Shown: piece after piece, positions 13,901-28,272 of the stretch
Layout of the letters: every line of letters starts with the position of its first letter
How positions within the stretch are numbered: the first letter of the stretch is position 1
DNA from: Heptranchias perlo
Lineage: Eukaryota
Reading direction: 5' to 3'
Assembly (NCBI RefSeq): GCF_035084215.1
Contig: NC_090350.1
Location: 26,970,001 to 27,034,000 of the forward strand
Length of the DNA stretch: 64,000 nucleotides
The notes under the pieces: model-generated
Told to the model about the DNA's origin: nothing
Database searches by the model: none
The model's input: only the letters and a program-made list of their open reading frames with translations
Position numbers and translations under genes: made by a program

Positions 13901-16900
13901 ATGATACTATCACCTCAAGGACTTGAGTGTGTCTTTGTTTGTGCCACCAGGAGACATTACTGTAATTTGACCAGAGCACTGCAATTTTAGCATAACACTC
14001 TTGACATTTACTCTACTCAGTTGGCCTACAGTCCAGCAGTTTCTTATGTTGATTGTTGCTCCTAAAAGGCTTAACAGGTCCAGTTTATTGACATCCACAT
14101 AGCTTTTGCAATTTCACCCTCATCCTCTTCTCCTTCAGAAGATGAAATAAACACCAAAGCAAATTGTATGTAACCTATTGCAAGGAGTCAAGTTTGATAA
14201 GTGGAACATTTTTCATTCCAGACTATATGTTCATGTAAAACTTTTGTTATAAATGTCAAGGTGATAAAATGATATCCTTATCCAATAATAAAGCAACTTA
14301 ATTTTTTATTGAAATGTATAGTTTTGATGGCTTAAAAACTAGTTTGTCGTGTTTGTGCATTTTTATTGTAATTTTGTTTTGTAAATATTTGCAAGTCCTT
14401 GGATCAAAAAGGAAGTATTAACAGTCCATCAGCCACATGTATTCTTCCTAGTCTGTGTTGCATTTCACTTTATGTCCCTTTAAGAAACTTTTAATAAAAG
14501 GCATAATTTCCAATATGAAAGAAATTTATATAATGTTTACATCTTAAAATAGTACAAACCATGCAGTTTTGTATATTTATTAGTTATTAAATTACACATT
14601 TCAAATGTTACATCTCCTGTACAGTGTAATGCTGCACTTCCACTGCTCTTTCATTGCGATTTGAATCAGGGTTCCAGCTTTGGAGCCAGTCTAGGAGGAA
14701 TTCACATCACTACTTGTGCAGAATTATAATCACTAGCTTCATTTTCACCCTCAAAAGTGAATTGGTTTAGCTTCTGATCAACTCTAGTAGAGACAGAATC
14801 TATAATAAACAAACAAGATGGCTAAAAGTAGATTCCTAACTAAAACCAGTGCTGAAAATCAGTGTTAATGGGGCATAAGACAGTGACAACCAGTGCAACA
14901 GCTTCTCTATGAATTTGTAATTAGAGTAAATTTCAAAATATGGTTTCAATAATCTATGTAGATGTATAAAGTTTAGAAAATTCTGCAAGCTGCAACGAAG
15001 CAGCACAAATACCATATTGTATCAGTTTTTGTTACCAAGTCTCAGCCACATTTGATTCACTGACCCGGCACACACTCAATATTATATTATATTAAGTGAA
15101 AGTGGTAGATATGTATTTTTTTTTAAAGTAATAATTTCAAAAAGACCTTTTTTTCTTCCATCAGGCAAAAACTGGATAGCCAAGTGCTACCGAAAAGAAT
15201 GAAATGTGTAGAGTGAAAAAGATCAACCTAGATTTATTTCTTGGAATTATAGCCAGATTTCACTTCCTCCTCCTCCTCGAGAAGCTAGAATGTGTTTTTC
15301 TTTATTACCCAGTTTTCCATTCATCTTTCAATGTCATAATTGTCATGGCTTACCTACCATTACCACGCAGAAATAAATATGCACATTTTCCAGATCACTA
15401 AATATCAGAATCTAACACTTTCACATGTCTATAGCCAAGTTAAGTGTTGGATAATGAGAGCCAGAGTTAGAAAAAACAGGACATATTAGGACATCAGTGC
15501 TATATTCTAATGTGGACTGAAAATGACACCTGTAAAAGTAGGTACCAGACCAGGAACAGTTAAAGCAAACAAACAAAAACTACAAATAAATTAATTACAT
15601 CATGGACCCAACTCAACTCTCAGCAAAATATTGCAGCATTTTTTGGGACTCCTACAGTGCAAAGTAAAAAAATGATCCTGTGCAATTCTAGTCCTGGAGA
15701 TTGGTGAAATGTTAAAATCTGAACACACAAAGCATATTTTGTCTTCTGTTGAAAGCTCTTTTGTATCTACCACAGCCTCTCCAGTGGTAAGCACAAAATA
15801 ATAGGCTTTCCAGCATCAGACTATAGATCGCAGCATTTGCCCACAATGATTTCACTGAGGCCCCAAGTACTGTTCATGACAAGTATCGAATTGCTCCAAT
15901 TACACAACCCCTTTCGGTGCTGCAGCTCTTTTTACAAAGTGCGCCCTCATGCCATCATCACAATGCCAACAAGACGATATCATGTGTCCCTGATACCAAC
16001 CTGCTAGAATCAGTCGTCAGGCAGCTACAATGTCTGTTTTTGAAAGGATTTAGAGGAGCCAGTTCCACTGCTTTTACTCTGGAAGCAATTCATAGCACAG
16101 TTTCTGTTTCAATAGGACCAACTGTGGAATGTACAGTCCACAAGGTGTTGGGAGGAAAAGATTTACACTGGAATGGAGTCCATACCAAATTCAATCTGAC
16201 ATAAAAGAGTGTAAAAGTAGAATCAGACTATCATGATGTGGGATGTATAGCGTCCTCAATAAGCTCAACAACCATTCTAATAAAAAGAGGAAATCTGCTA
16301 ATGCTGGAAATAAAAAACAGAAAATGCTGAAAAGCGTGAAGCTTTAACTGGCTTTACCCAAAATGTATGTTAACCAGTCTTTTCTCTTTAGCAGGTCCAT
16401 CAGCATTTGTAAAGTATTTCCAGCATTTTCTGTTTACCATTTTAATGTAGCTTTCAAGTTTCTCACAATATACTGTAAGCTCCGTACAGCTCTACATAAC
16501 TACCAACGCAACAAAAATTCCACAAATCCGTGATGTTAGTAATCAGAAACAAAGTCGTATGTTAGTGATATGACTTTTCAGCCAATCTGAGCAGAGGGTC
16601 ATGCCTATAATAAAATATTGGGGGGGGGGGGGGGGAAGACCTTGTACACATTAACATTGCATTCTTAAACAGTAACCAGCGTGATTTCTGTCAGGAAAAC
16701 AGATGTAGGAACCAAATCGTTTCTTTTTTTGAAGACCCCAAATGGATATTTGTAATCCACAGAAATACAGATAATTACAAAACAGTAAAGAAAAACACAA
16801 ACTCTTGAATATGACCTCCTCAAAGAAGTGGAAGAGCATCGAGCACAGGAACTTCATTGCCATATTCAGTTTAAGGAGTCTCTCTAGATTAATTCCATGA

Positions 16901-17043
16901 CTAATAAATCGTTTTCCATTCCCGCTCTTTAAAAGTCAAATTTTTGCCAATAAAATAAAATAACTTCACAATGCAACAATCTACAGTATTGACAGAATAT
17001 CTTACTCTTCTTACTGTCCAGTAAAATACTGCACTATGAAATG

Positions 17044-17163
17044 CTATTCTTCGCCTGCTGGGAGATTTTCTTCAATCCTTTTAATGAATTTCATTCTGAT
17101 TTCTGTTACATTGTCACCCTTGAGTGTGTCCTGGACAAATTTCACATCGATCGCCATTTGAAC
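17044..17163 (-). CDS. TRAPPC3: TRAPPC3 exon 5 coding part (VQMAIDVKFVQDTLKGDNVTEIRMKFIKRIEENLPAGEE*)
   Basis: 120 nt; CAG acceptor; TAG stop at 17046-17044. Confidence 0.97.
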   Translation of the reverse strand, partial: VQMAIDVKFVQDTLKGDNVTEIRMKFIKRIEENLPAGEE

Positions 17164-17542
17164 CTGACAGTGCAGAAACAGTTAGTTAGAGAGAGAATAC
17201 ACAGTAGTGTTGATTCTACTACTGACAGAGGTCAGAACTGTTTTTCTTTTCAACTCAAGGTCAATTAACCTCACGCCACCTCACGTTTTGAACATTACAA
17301 CATTAAATTTACGAGATCAAGCCTCCATCTGCACTTTAGCCGAGTTGTATATATTTGAACAATATGTACAATCTTTAAAAAAAATTTTACAATTGCCTTT
17401 AATTTAGGATTAAACATTATGGTATACTTTTTTGCCACTGAAAAATATATGAGTACACTGTTCCCAAAATGGCATATGTAAGTTTTATGGTTTTTCAATT
17501 TATGTTGTAGATGTGAGCTATAAGCCAGATAAATTGCTTTCA

Positions 17543-19015
17543 TGACTCTGGAACAGTTCCTACAGATTGGAGGGTGGCAAATGTAACCCCACTATTTAAA
17601 AAAGGAGGGAGAAAAAAAAAAAGGGAATTACAGACCAGTTAGCCTAACATCAGTAGTGGGGAAAATACTATAGTCTATTATAAAAGATGCGATAACAGAA
17701 CACTTGGAGGGCATTAAGGAATTGGACAAAGTCAGCACGGGTTTATGAAAGGGAAATCATACTTAACAAATCTACTGGAGTTTTTTGAGGATGTAACTAG
17801 TAGAATAAATAGGGAAGAACCAGTGGATGTGGTGTATTTGGATTTTCAGAAGGCTTTTGATAAGGTCCCACACAAGAGGTTAGTGTGCAAAATTAAAGCA
17901 CATGGCATTGGGGGGAATATACTGGCATGGATTGAGAATTGGTTGACAGACAGGAAACAGAGAGTAGGAATAAACAGGTCTTTTTCCAGGTGGCAGGCAG
18001 TGACTAGTGGGGTACCACAGGGATCAGTGCTTGGACCCCAGCTATTCACAATATATATCAATGATTTGGATGAGGGAACTAAATGTAACATTTCCAAGTT
18101 TGCAGACGACACAAAGCTGGGGTGGAATGTGAGCTGTGAGGAGGATACAAAGAGGCTCCAATGTGATTTAGACAAGTTGGGCGAGTGGGCAAGAACATGG
18201 CAGATGCAGTATAACGTGGACAAATGTGAGGTTATCCACTTTGGTTGTAAAAACAGAAAGGCAGATTATCTGAATGATGATAGAATGGAAAAAGGGGAGG
18301 TGCAACGAGACCTGGGTATCCTTGTACACCAGTCGGTGAAAGCAAGCATTCAGGTGCAGCAAGCAGTTAGGAAGGCGAATGGTATGTTGGCCTTCATTGC
18401 AAGAGGATTTAAGTAGAGGAGCAGGGATGTCATACTGCAGTTATACAGGGCCTTGGTGAGACCACATCCGGAGTATCGTGTGCGGTTTTGGTCTCCTTAT
18501 CTGAGGTAGGATGTCCTTGACATGGAGGGAGTGCAACGAAGGTTTACCAGACTGATTCCTGGGATGGCAGGGCTGACATATGAGGAGAGATTGGATCGAC
18601 TAGGCCTATATTCACCAGAGTTTAGAAGAATGAGAGGTGATCTCATTGGAACATATAAAATTCTAACACGACTAGACAGACTAGATGCAGGGAGATTGTT
18701 CCCGATGGCTGGGGAGTCTAGAACCAGGGGTCACGGTCTCAGGATATGGAGTATGCCATTTAGAACCGAGATGAGAAATTTCTTCACTCAGAGGGTGGTG
18801 AACCTGTGGAATTCTCTACCACAGAAGGGAATGGAGGCCAAGTCATTAGATGTATTCAAGAAGGAGATAGATATATTTCTTACTGCTAAAGGGATATGGA
18901 GAAAAAGCGGGAACAGGGTACTGAGTTAGACGATCAGCCATGATCATTTTGAATGGCGAAGCAGGCCCGAAGGGCCAAATGGCCTACTCTTGCTCCTATT
19001 TTCTATGTTTCTATG
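17543..19015 (+). mobile_element. CR1 LINE, 5'-truncated, RT with stops and frameshifts (TRAPPC3 intron 4)
   Basis: ORFs 17745..18416 (YLDFQKAFDKV, GVPQGSVLGP, KFADD) and 18522..18929; ctatgttt tail. Confidence 0.95.
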
Positions 19016-19285
19016 AGGGAAATTACCAAAGAATCAATTGCAATATCTTTTTTTAACCAGACAAGTGATTTGGAATAAACAGTGAAAAATTTAAAGATGG
19101 TTGTGATTCAAGGTTATTTGATATCACAGGAAAATATAACCACTTGCAAGTAAACACTCCAGTCAAGGGTTACACAATGTGCGGTATAAACAAAGTGAAC
19201 CTGTACTGGGCATTGAAGAAACAGATATGCTTTCTCGTGGGCTAAATCAGGTAGCCACATGCCAAATTCACTTCTACAAAAGGAT

Positions 19286-21100
19286 CAACAACTTGTATTC
19301 ATATAGTGCCTTTAACATAGAAAAACATCCAAGGCATTTCACAGAGGAGTAATGAGACAAAAATGGATATCAAAGTAAAGGAAATATTAGTAGGGGTGAC
19401 CAAAGAGGTAGGTTTTAAAGATGGTCTCAAAAGAGGATAAGGAGGGGATTGGGGAGGGAATTAAAGAGCATGGGGCCAAGTCAGCTGTAGGTACAGCTGC
19501 CATTGGTGGGCCAAAAGGTGGGTGGAAGAATGCACAAAAGGTCAAAGTCAGAGCAGGTTTTGGGGCTGTAGGAGGTTAAAGTGATCAGGAGGAGCAAGGC
19601 CATAAAGAGAGTTAAGCAGAAGGATGAGAATTTTAAATTGGAAGTGTTGCAGGTTGGACAGCCAATGTGGGTCAGAAAGTGAGCAGGACTTAGTGTGAGA
19701 TAGGATACAGGCAGCAGAGTTTTGGATGAACTGAAGTTTACAGAGGGTAGAGGAGGAGGGGCCAGTCAGAAGTGCATTGGAATAGTTGCATCTGGAGGTG
19801 ACAAAGGCATAAGGAGGGTTTCAACAGGAGATGGGCTGAGGTAGGGGCAGAGGAGGGGAATGTTATGGAGGTGGAAGTTGTCTTTGTGATGGAGAGACTA
19901 TGAAGTTGGAAGGTCAGCTGGAGGTCGAATGGGATGGGGAGATTGTGAACAATCTGATTCAGCCTGAGACAATGGAAGAGGAGGGTATGGAAATGGTGGC
20001 AATGGTAAGAAGTTTGTGGCAGGGGCCGAAGAAAATGGCTTTAGTTTTCCCAATGTTTAAGTGGACAAAATTGTTGCTCATCCACAACTTGATATTGGAC
20101 ACACAGTCTGACAACAGAGGGAGTAGAGGAGCTGAGAGAGATGGTGGCAGTAGAGCTTGGTGTTGTTGGCATACATGTGGAAACTGATCTCATGCCTGTG
20201 GATGATGTTGCTAAAGGGCAGCATGAGGGGGCCAAGGATAGATCCTAGGAAACTCCAGAAGTAAAGCTGCAGGGGAGGGAAAAGAGAAGCCACTGCTGGA
20301 GATGCTGGACAGCAGAGGAAAGGTGTTGCAGGAGGACAGTGTGGTCAATTGTGTTAAAGGCTGCAAAGAGGGCGAGAAGGACCAGGAGGAAAAAATGCAC
20401 CACAGTCACAGATGTCACTTGTGACTTTGGTTTGGACCGTTTTAGTGTTATGGCAGGGGCAGAAATCTGGAGAGATTCAAACGGAGTTGTGGGAAATATA
20501 GGCACAGATTTAGGAGACGAATGCACATTCAAGAACTCTGGAGAAGAAAGGGAGATTAGAGGTGAGGCAGTAGTTTGCAAGGACAGATGGTCGAGGGCAG
20601 ATTTTTTGAGGGGGATTATGACAGTAGTTATATAAGGGAGGGCACAGTACCTGAAGAAAGGGGACTACTTACAATGTCAGCATTAAGGGCAGGAAGAGAA
20701 GTTGGGTAATCAACAAGTTAGTGGGAATGGGGTTCAAGGGGGCAGGAGGTGGGTTCATGGATCAGATGAGTTTGAAGGGGGCATGAAGGGAGACAGAAGC
20801 AACTGAATGGATGGTCTCAATCTTAGTGAGAAAGAAGTCCACAAACTCCTCGCGCTTGATGTTGAGGCGAGGGTGGAGGGGGGTTTAGGGAGGCGGTTGG
20901 TAGTGGAGAAAAGCAGCCAGGGGTTATCTTTGCGTTGCAGGTTGGTCTTGGTGTAGTGTGAGATTTAGGCAGAGGACAGCAAGGCCTGATAGCGCTTGAC
21001 GTCGTCCAGCCAGATCTGGAGGTGGATGAATCATTACACTCGATCCAGAAGCAATGTTTGGATGTCATCCAAAACATGGAGAATGAGCTTGTTTACAAGA
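19286..21100 (-). mobile_element. L2 LINE fragment (degraded RT and 3' tail)
   Basis: Minus-strand pieces AAFNTIDHTVLL, GSILGPL, FHMYANNT; tail resembles ggcactatatgaatacaagttgttg. Confidence 0.8.
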
Positions 21101-21189
21101 TTGCTACATTTGCTTACTTATAGGGAACATTTGCTTTTGTATCAAAAGTGCTGTCTACCAGTGGTCAATTGAATTTTTACAGTTAAAAA

Positions 21190-22914
21190 TGTATGGGCTT
21201 TTAAATATAGGTATTTCTAAAAAAAATGTCTGCATTGTTTACACAGTGCATTACGGTCTCAATTTCTAAAACTGAGGTACAGTGAAGCGTATCTAAATCA
21301 TATGGTTAAGGATCAAACATAATGCACCGTCAACTCTAAGAATGTTAAGCTGTCAATCTTGGCTCAGTGGTAGCAATCTTGCTTTGATAAGGTGCCACAT
21401 AAAAGGTTGTTACAGAAGGTAAGGGCTCATGAGGTTGGGGGAACTATATTAGTAAGGATAGAGGATTGGCTAAAGGACAGAAAACAGAAAGTAGGAATAA
21501 ACGGGTCACTCTCAGGTTGGCAGGCTGTAACTCGTGCGGTGCTGTAAGGATCGGTGTTTGGGCCTCAGCTATTTACAATCTTTATTAATGACTTAACTGA
21601 AGGGACCGAGTGTAATTTATCCAAGTTTGCTGATGATACAAAGCCACGTGGCAAAGCAAGCTGTGAGGAGGACACAAGGAGTCTGCAAAGGGACATAGAC
21701 AGGTTAAATGAGTGGGCAAGAAGGTGGCAGATGAAGTACAATGTGGGGAAATGTGAAGTTATTCAATTTGGTAGAAAGAATAGAAAAACAGAATATTGTT
21801 TAAATGGTGAGAAACTATTAAATGTTGGGTGTCCTCGTACAAGAAACACAAAAAGTTAGTATGCAGGTACAGCAGGCAATTAGGAAAGCAAGTGGCATGT
21901 TGGCCTTTATTGCAAGGGGTTTGGAGTACAAGAGTAAAGAAGTCCTACTACAATCGTACAGGGCTTTAGTGAGACCTCACCTGGAATACTGCGTTCAGTT
22001 TTGGTCTCCTTACCTAAGGAAGGATATACTTGCCTTGGAGGCGGTGCAACTAAGGTTCACTAGAATAATTCCTGGGATGAGAGGGTCGTCCTATGAGGTG
22101 AGGTTGAGTAGAATGGGCCTATACTCTCTGGAGTTCAGAAGAATGAGAGGTTATCTCATTGAAACATATAAGATTAGGAGGGGGCTTGACAGGGTATTGG
22201 GGATCAGGCAGGAAAGTGGAATTGAGGTCGAAGATCAGCCATGATCTGATTGAATGGCGGAGCAGGCTCGAGGGGCCGTATGGCCTACTCCTGCTCCTAT
22301 TTCTTATGTTCTTGCCTGAGTCAGAAGGCTATGGCTTCAAGCTGCATTAATTTGACACTTTGTTGCATGCAGTACTGAGGGAGTGCTGCACAGTTGGAAG
22401 TGCCGTCTTACGATGAGATGTTAAACCGAAGCCCCGTCTTCTCCCTCAAGTGGCCATAAAAGATCCCATGGTACTATTCAAAGAACATCAGGAAAGTTCA
22501 CCTGGTCCTGGCCAATATTTATCTCTCAAACAACATTACTAAAATGATTATCTGGCCACTTATCTGTTGGCTGTTTATAAGACCTTGCTGCGTGCAAATT
22601 GACTGCTGCTCTTCCCTACTTTATGATGTGACTACACTTCAAAAGTACTTCACTGACATCTCATTTGTAAGACAGCACTTCCAACAGTGCAGCACTCCCT
22701 CAGTGCTTCAATGAAGTGTCAAATTAGTGCGGCTACCACTGAGACAAGATTGACAGCTTAACATTTTCAGAGTTGACAGTGCATTATGTTTGATCCTTAA
22801 CCAAATGATTTAGATACGCTTCACTGTACGTCAGTTTTAGAAATTGAGACTGTAATGCACTGTGTAAACAATGCAGACTTTTTTTTAGAAACACCTATAT
22901 TAAAACCCTATACA
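21190..22914. repeat. Inverted duplication: 22656-22914 is the reverse complement of 21190-21374 joined to ~22341-22421
   Basis: Direct reading, e.g. gtctgcattgtttacacagtgcattac vs gtaatgcactgtgtaaacaatgcagac. Confidence 0.92.
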
Positions 22915-22955
22915 CAGTTGACTTTGGGGCACTATATAAATGCAAGTTCTTTCTT
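21350..22955 (+). mobile_element. tRNA-derived DeuSINE/SacSINE1-like SINE, interrupted by a CR1 and by an inverted duplication
   Basis: A-box ggctcagtggtagc; core tactgagggagtgctgcac...gagatgttaaacc; L2-type tail cactatataaatgcaagttc. Confidence 0.75.
21383..22309 (+). mobile_element. CR1 LINE fragment inserted into the SINE head
   Basis: ORFs 21554..21859 and 21822..22244; 6-bp TSD tcttgc at 21377-21382 and 22310-22315. Confidence 0.93.
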
Positions 22956-23069
22956 TAACCTATACATCAAGTTAAGGCTCAGGCATAGTTCTACTACCTG
23001 AATTGACATTCAAATCAGTTCAAATCCATGACCAACGCAGATTTAGCTAGATCAACATTAAAATGTTTA

Positions 23070-23342
<273 letters not shown>

Positions 23343-23923
23343 CTATCTGACAACTTTTAAAAAAGTTTTTACAAGGGCAGTTAACAGAAAACCAGAGAAA
23401 TGAGTAACCTTCATAGTAATCTCATTGCCTTGGCAGTTGTTGCCATGAAAATAAACCTGGAACTCAAACATAATTGGCCCATGCAGGAATACTGGCAACT
23501 GATTGAGCTTCGTAGAACCCCTCATCTTCTGTGAATCAATTTTAAAACATCTTTATCCATGTCAGTAACCATGTAATAGATTGTTTCAGATAAATGCCTA
23601 GTTAATAAATCACAAGGCTTGAATCAAACCTACATTACAACACATTGCAATATAGAAATCCAACCTGAAAATCACCATTTTGATAATCCAATTATTATAG
23701 TAAGAAAAATAATACCTGTGGTTATTGCATCATTGTGTTTGCTATTAGGGAAAAGCAAATTCTATCCAAGGCATGGAATGATGTGAAGTTATAATGTTGA
23801 AACAGTGCCATTGATCATTGGACTACTATCTTCATGATAGCTCATGTACTAGCATTTAAACCACATATAATATATACTGTCTGTAACAGCATGATTCTGG
23901 AGCAGTTTTGTTTTTCCAAGTTC

Positions 23924-24352
23924 TATTAACTACTGCCTAACTTCTAACAGTTTTGTTAATTTCAAGCTACTGGCATTGATGACAAATTGTACCACCTCTG
24001 AGTCTGTCCTAACATCCATCTGTTTGGGGCACTGAATCCCCTCATTGATCTGCTATAAGCGGAAATACTTCAGTGCATGTGATAGCAAGAGGGGTTTTGA
24101 TAAGTAGGAGCAAGAAAACACTGAAACTTTCTCAAAATGACTCATTGAGAAGTACTTTAAACCTTGCATTGAAATAGCAGCCTCTAGAAAATAAACAATT
24201 CTAATCTGCCATGTGGAAAGTACTTTGGGAGAATCAGAGTAGGAGCAGTTGGCTCCATGAAAGACAATGAATTAAAGGGAATGAATAAAATGCCTTCCTC
24301 TCAATATTAACTACTGCCTGACTTAGAACAGTTTTGTTCATTTCAAGCTACT
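23924..24352. repeat. 48-bp direct repeat (23924-23971 and 24305-24352)
   Basis: tattaactactgcct.actt..aacagttttgtt.atttcaagctact, 4 mismatches. Confidence 0.85.
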
Positions 24353-24358
24353 TGCTTA

Positions 24359-24469
<111 letters not shown>

Positions 24470-25254
24470 TTAAAACACAAGATAAATCAATACTGTTTAT
24501 TTAGCAGGAAAAAATTGCAGGAAAAAAAAAAGTCATGTATATACTCTCTTCAAACTTGTGTATAGACTTTCTAACAGCCCTTGTAAACCAGAGAAATACA
24601 TACCATAAGCAAAATGTATTGCAAACTTTTATCAACAGAGCTTTGTCCTACTCAGATGTTGCTACTAATTACAGAACCTGTTTTTTCCCCTGCAGACAGC
24701 ATGGGGTGCACTGTATTTTGAAAGTGGTCATAGAACACATACTGACTGTCAGCCCTTGAATGCCATGGGACACAAAACAATTTATATGTTGCTGTTGCAG
24801 CATTACAATGCTGACTCCACACCCTTTCATACAGTTTTGTATTTAACTGAAACTCTTCTCCAAAACTCAAAATGCAGGGCTCCTGCTAATTTTGGAAAAG
24901 AATGGCGTACTCAATATAAGTAATTTAATCCATCTGGCCAATAGATTGTGGATGCACAATCAGACCCTCTATTTCCAAGTTTCTGCCAGGAAGTGTAATA
25001 TGGCTGCAAATCACCTTAAGATCACTTATGACCTTTATGTAATGTTAGATGTTCAATCCTAGATGTTGATATCGGCATAAATGCAGCACCACTCAGTGCA
25101 GCATTTAAGGTTGGCTGGTCCTGTGGAAAAACAATTAAGTACAAGGCTTCTATTTTTTTACAAAAATGTTCTTTAATGTGTCAAATAGAAGCCTAACTAC
25201 TGAGAGGGGGAGGGTGGAACAAAATTATTGGGTAATTAGACTAGTGTTCCCCAA

Positions 25255-25530
25255 AATAATTGGCAAAAGAACCAGGGGGAAAGATGGGGACATTTTTTTT
25301 ACGCAGCAAGTTGTTACGATCTGAAAAGCGCTGCCTGAAAGGGTGGTGGGAACAGATTCGATAGTAACTTTCAAATGGGAATTGGATATATACTTGAAAA
25401 GGAAAAATTTGCAGGGCTATGGGTAAAGAGCAGGGGAGTGGGACTATTTGGATAGCTGTTTCAAAGAGCTGGCACAGGCATGATGAGTCGAAAGTCCTCC
25501 ATCTGTGCTGTATGATTATTTGACTCTATG
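25255..25530 (+). mobile_element. CR1 3'-end fragment
   Basis: Similar to 13650-13900; ends ctgtgctgtatgatt...ctatgattc. Confidence 0.72.
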
Positions 25531-26977
25531 ATTCGATCAATAAATATTGTGAAGGTAGGGTATTTAGAATAAACAAAACCTATGTTATATGAAAATTGTT
25601 TTGTTTAAATGAACTGAATGCAGAGTTCCTTTTTCTCCCCCCTTTCCTATACAATCTTCGATCTTTTAAAATCTAAGTTTAGTGTAATTTGATCACTACT
25701 TCCCAATTTACCTCATTTTCTCTTTTACTCTCTTCAAACTTGTTTTGTACTATGGACCTTGAACTTTCAACTTGGTTACTCAATCAAAAAATAAAATATA
25801 GTGCTGCTGGGATCCAAATATTTAATTTTTGGTAACGTAAAACCATCAGCCCCCTGCCACTAACCCCAAATCCCTCACCAATTTGAACTACTCTCGCCTG
25901 GAGTCAGCTTTTTCATATTAAAACAGTCTGAAAGAGAGAGTAAAAGTCTACTTTCTTTTTAAAAAGCTGTACAAGTGCCAATATGTTGAATGTACAAATT
26001 TTTTTTAAAAAAAAGAATTTCCTCTACTGCTTCAAATAAATATTAACATTATATGAAGAACAAATGTACAGGTGAGTTAAAACCACTTAATAGGAACAAT
26101 GCAAGGTGAGGGGAGGGGGTCAGGGATCATACTTTTCACTACATGGTGACAATTTTTCCTGATTGGTGAAACTGCCTACTATACAACAAAAAAGACCTTT
26201 ACTCACCAATAGAATTTTATACAGCATAACCTCCTTAGCCACACTCCATTTATCCACCAGAACTTTCATGGGACAAAACTGTATGAGATAGCACCCCATT
26301 GCAGAGTCTCCTAATACCAACTTCATTCTGACAAAGTAATCTCCCAGCCCAAGAAAGGTTAAACTCAGTTTACGTCACTTGTATTGTACTGATTTTCATT
26401 CCCATGCTTAGGTTATTTCTAGAACACACGTGCAAGACCACCATTTAGGTACTCTTGATTACCTGCCAATTTCTATTATCGATTGAGGGAGGGCGGAGTT
26501 CCATTGTACCTCCAAATGCATCCCAGATGCAATTCTGAGGTATCAGATTCAAAAAGCTGTACTGACAAAATTCACCTGTATATGCTGTCTTGTGTCTACA
26601 TGATTTAAAAGGTGCTTTTTTGTACTAAATTATATCAACATTGAGTAAACAGACATTAATATAGACTGAAGCTATCAACAAACTGAAGTGCTACAGGAAG
26701 GATATCCTACACTTCAGGGATATGGGATACAATATTTATCCAAGTGGAACTGACTGCATATCTTAACAGCAGAGAAGTTATGCCAAGTGAGGTCGGTGAG
26801 TTGCAGATATAATCTTAATGCACTGTTGGCTATGGAGCTTACTACTTAGTGAAAATCTAAATGCTGAAAATTCTTGTGACATTATGGAATGCTTGGAATA
26901 TTATTCTACATAATCTATTGTTAATCATTAAGAAATTCAATGCTTAATTTTTACTGTTCTCTGTAATTCTGCAAGTA

Positions 26978-27894
26978 ATGACACAAAGATGGGCAGCATT
27001 GTAAGCAGTGTAGATGGAAGCATAAAATTAGAGAGAGATATTAATAGATTAAGTGAATGAAATCCATTTGCCACAGTTTTGCCCAATGTAGTCAAGTATG
27101 AGGTCATCCACTTTGGACCTAAATAGGATAGATCAGAGTACTTTCCAAATGGTAAAAAGCTTGAAACAGTGGAGGTCCAAGGAGACTTAGGGGTCCATGT
27201 ACAAAGATCATTAAAATGTCATGGGCAGGTACAGAAAATAATCAAAAAGGCTAATGGAATGCTGGCCTTTATATCTAGAGGACTAGAATACAAGGGGGTA
27301 GAAGTTATGCTACAGCTATACAAAGCCCAAATTAAATCACACCTGGAGTACTGTGTTCAGTTCTGGGCACCACACCTTAGGAAGGATATATTGGCCTGGG
27401 GGGGGGGGGGGGGGGGGGGGAGTGCAGCGTAGATTTACTAGAACGATACCTGGACTCCTAGGGTTAAATTGCGAGGGGAGACTACACAATCTAGGGTTAT
27501 ATTCCCTGGAATTTAGAAGAAGATTAAGGGGTGATTTGATCGAAGTTTTCAAGATATGAAAGTGATAGAGTAGATAGAGAGAAACTATTTCTGCTGGTTG
27601 GGGAGTCTAGGACTAGGGGACATAGCCTAAAAATTAAAAGCCAGGACTTTCAGGAGTGAAGTTAGGAAACACTTCTACACGCAAAGGGTGGTAGAAGTTT
27701 GGAACCCGCTTCCACAAACTGCAGTTGATGCTAGCTCAATTGTTAATTTTTAATCTGAGATTGATAGATTTTGTTAACCAAAGGGATATGGGGCTACGGC
27801 AGGATTATGGAGTTAGGTCACAGATCAGCCATGATCTCACTGAATGGCAGAACAGGCTCGAGGGTCTATATGGCCTACTCCTGTTCCTATGTTC
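26978..27894 (+). mobile_element. CR1 LINE 3' fragment (TRAPPC3 intron 2)
   Basis: ORFs 27169..27432 and 27353..27559; related to the 9 kb and 54 kb copies; internal poly-G. Confidence 0.92.
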
Positions 27895-28161
27895 CCAAGT
27901 ATGCTCTACAGAACAGTAATTCTGAAAAGTAATAAAGTCAAACTGCTTTCATGTGCAGCAGATTTTCCACTGGGTTGCAAATTCTATGTTAATCTAATTC
28001 TAACAAGCACGTGCTTGCTTGTGTTATCACCAATGATGGAAAAAGTTTAGAGTAGCAGATAATGCATTTACATCGGAAAGGGACAGATTAAAGTAAACCT
28101 GACAAGTACAATAAGAACTGTTGGCCCATTGTACAATAACTGAAGTTTTTAAATGTACTTA

Positions 28162-28272
<111 letters not shown>

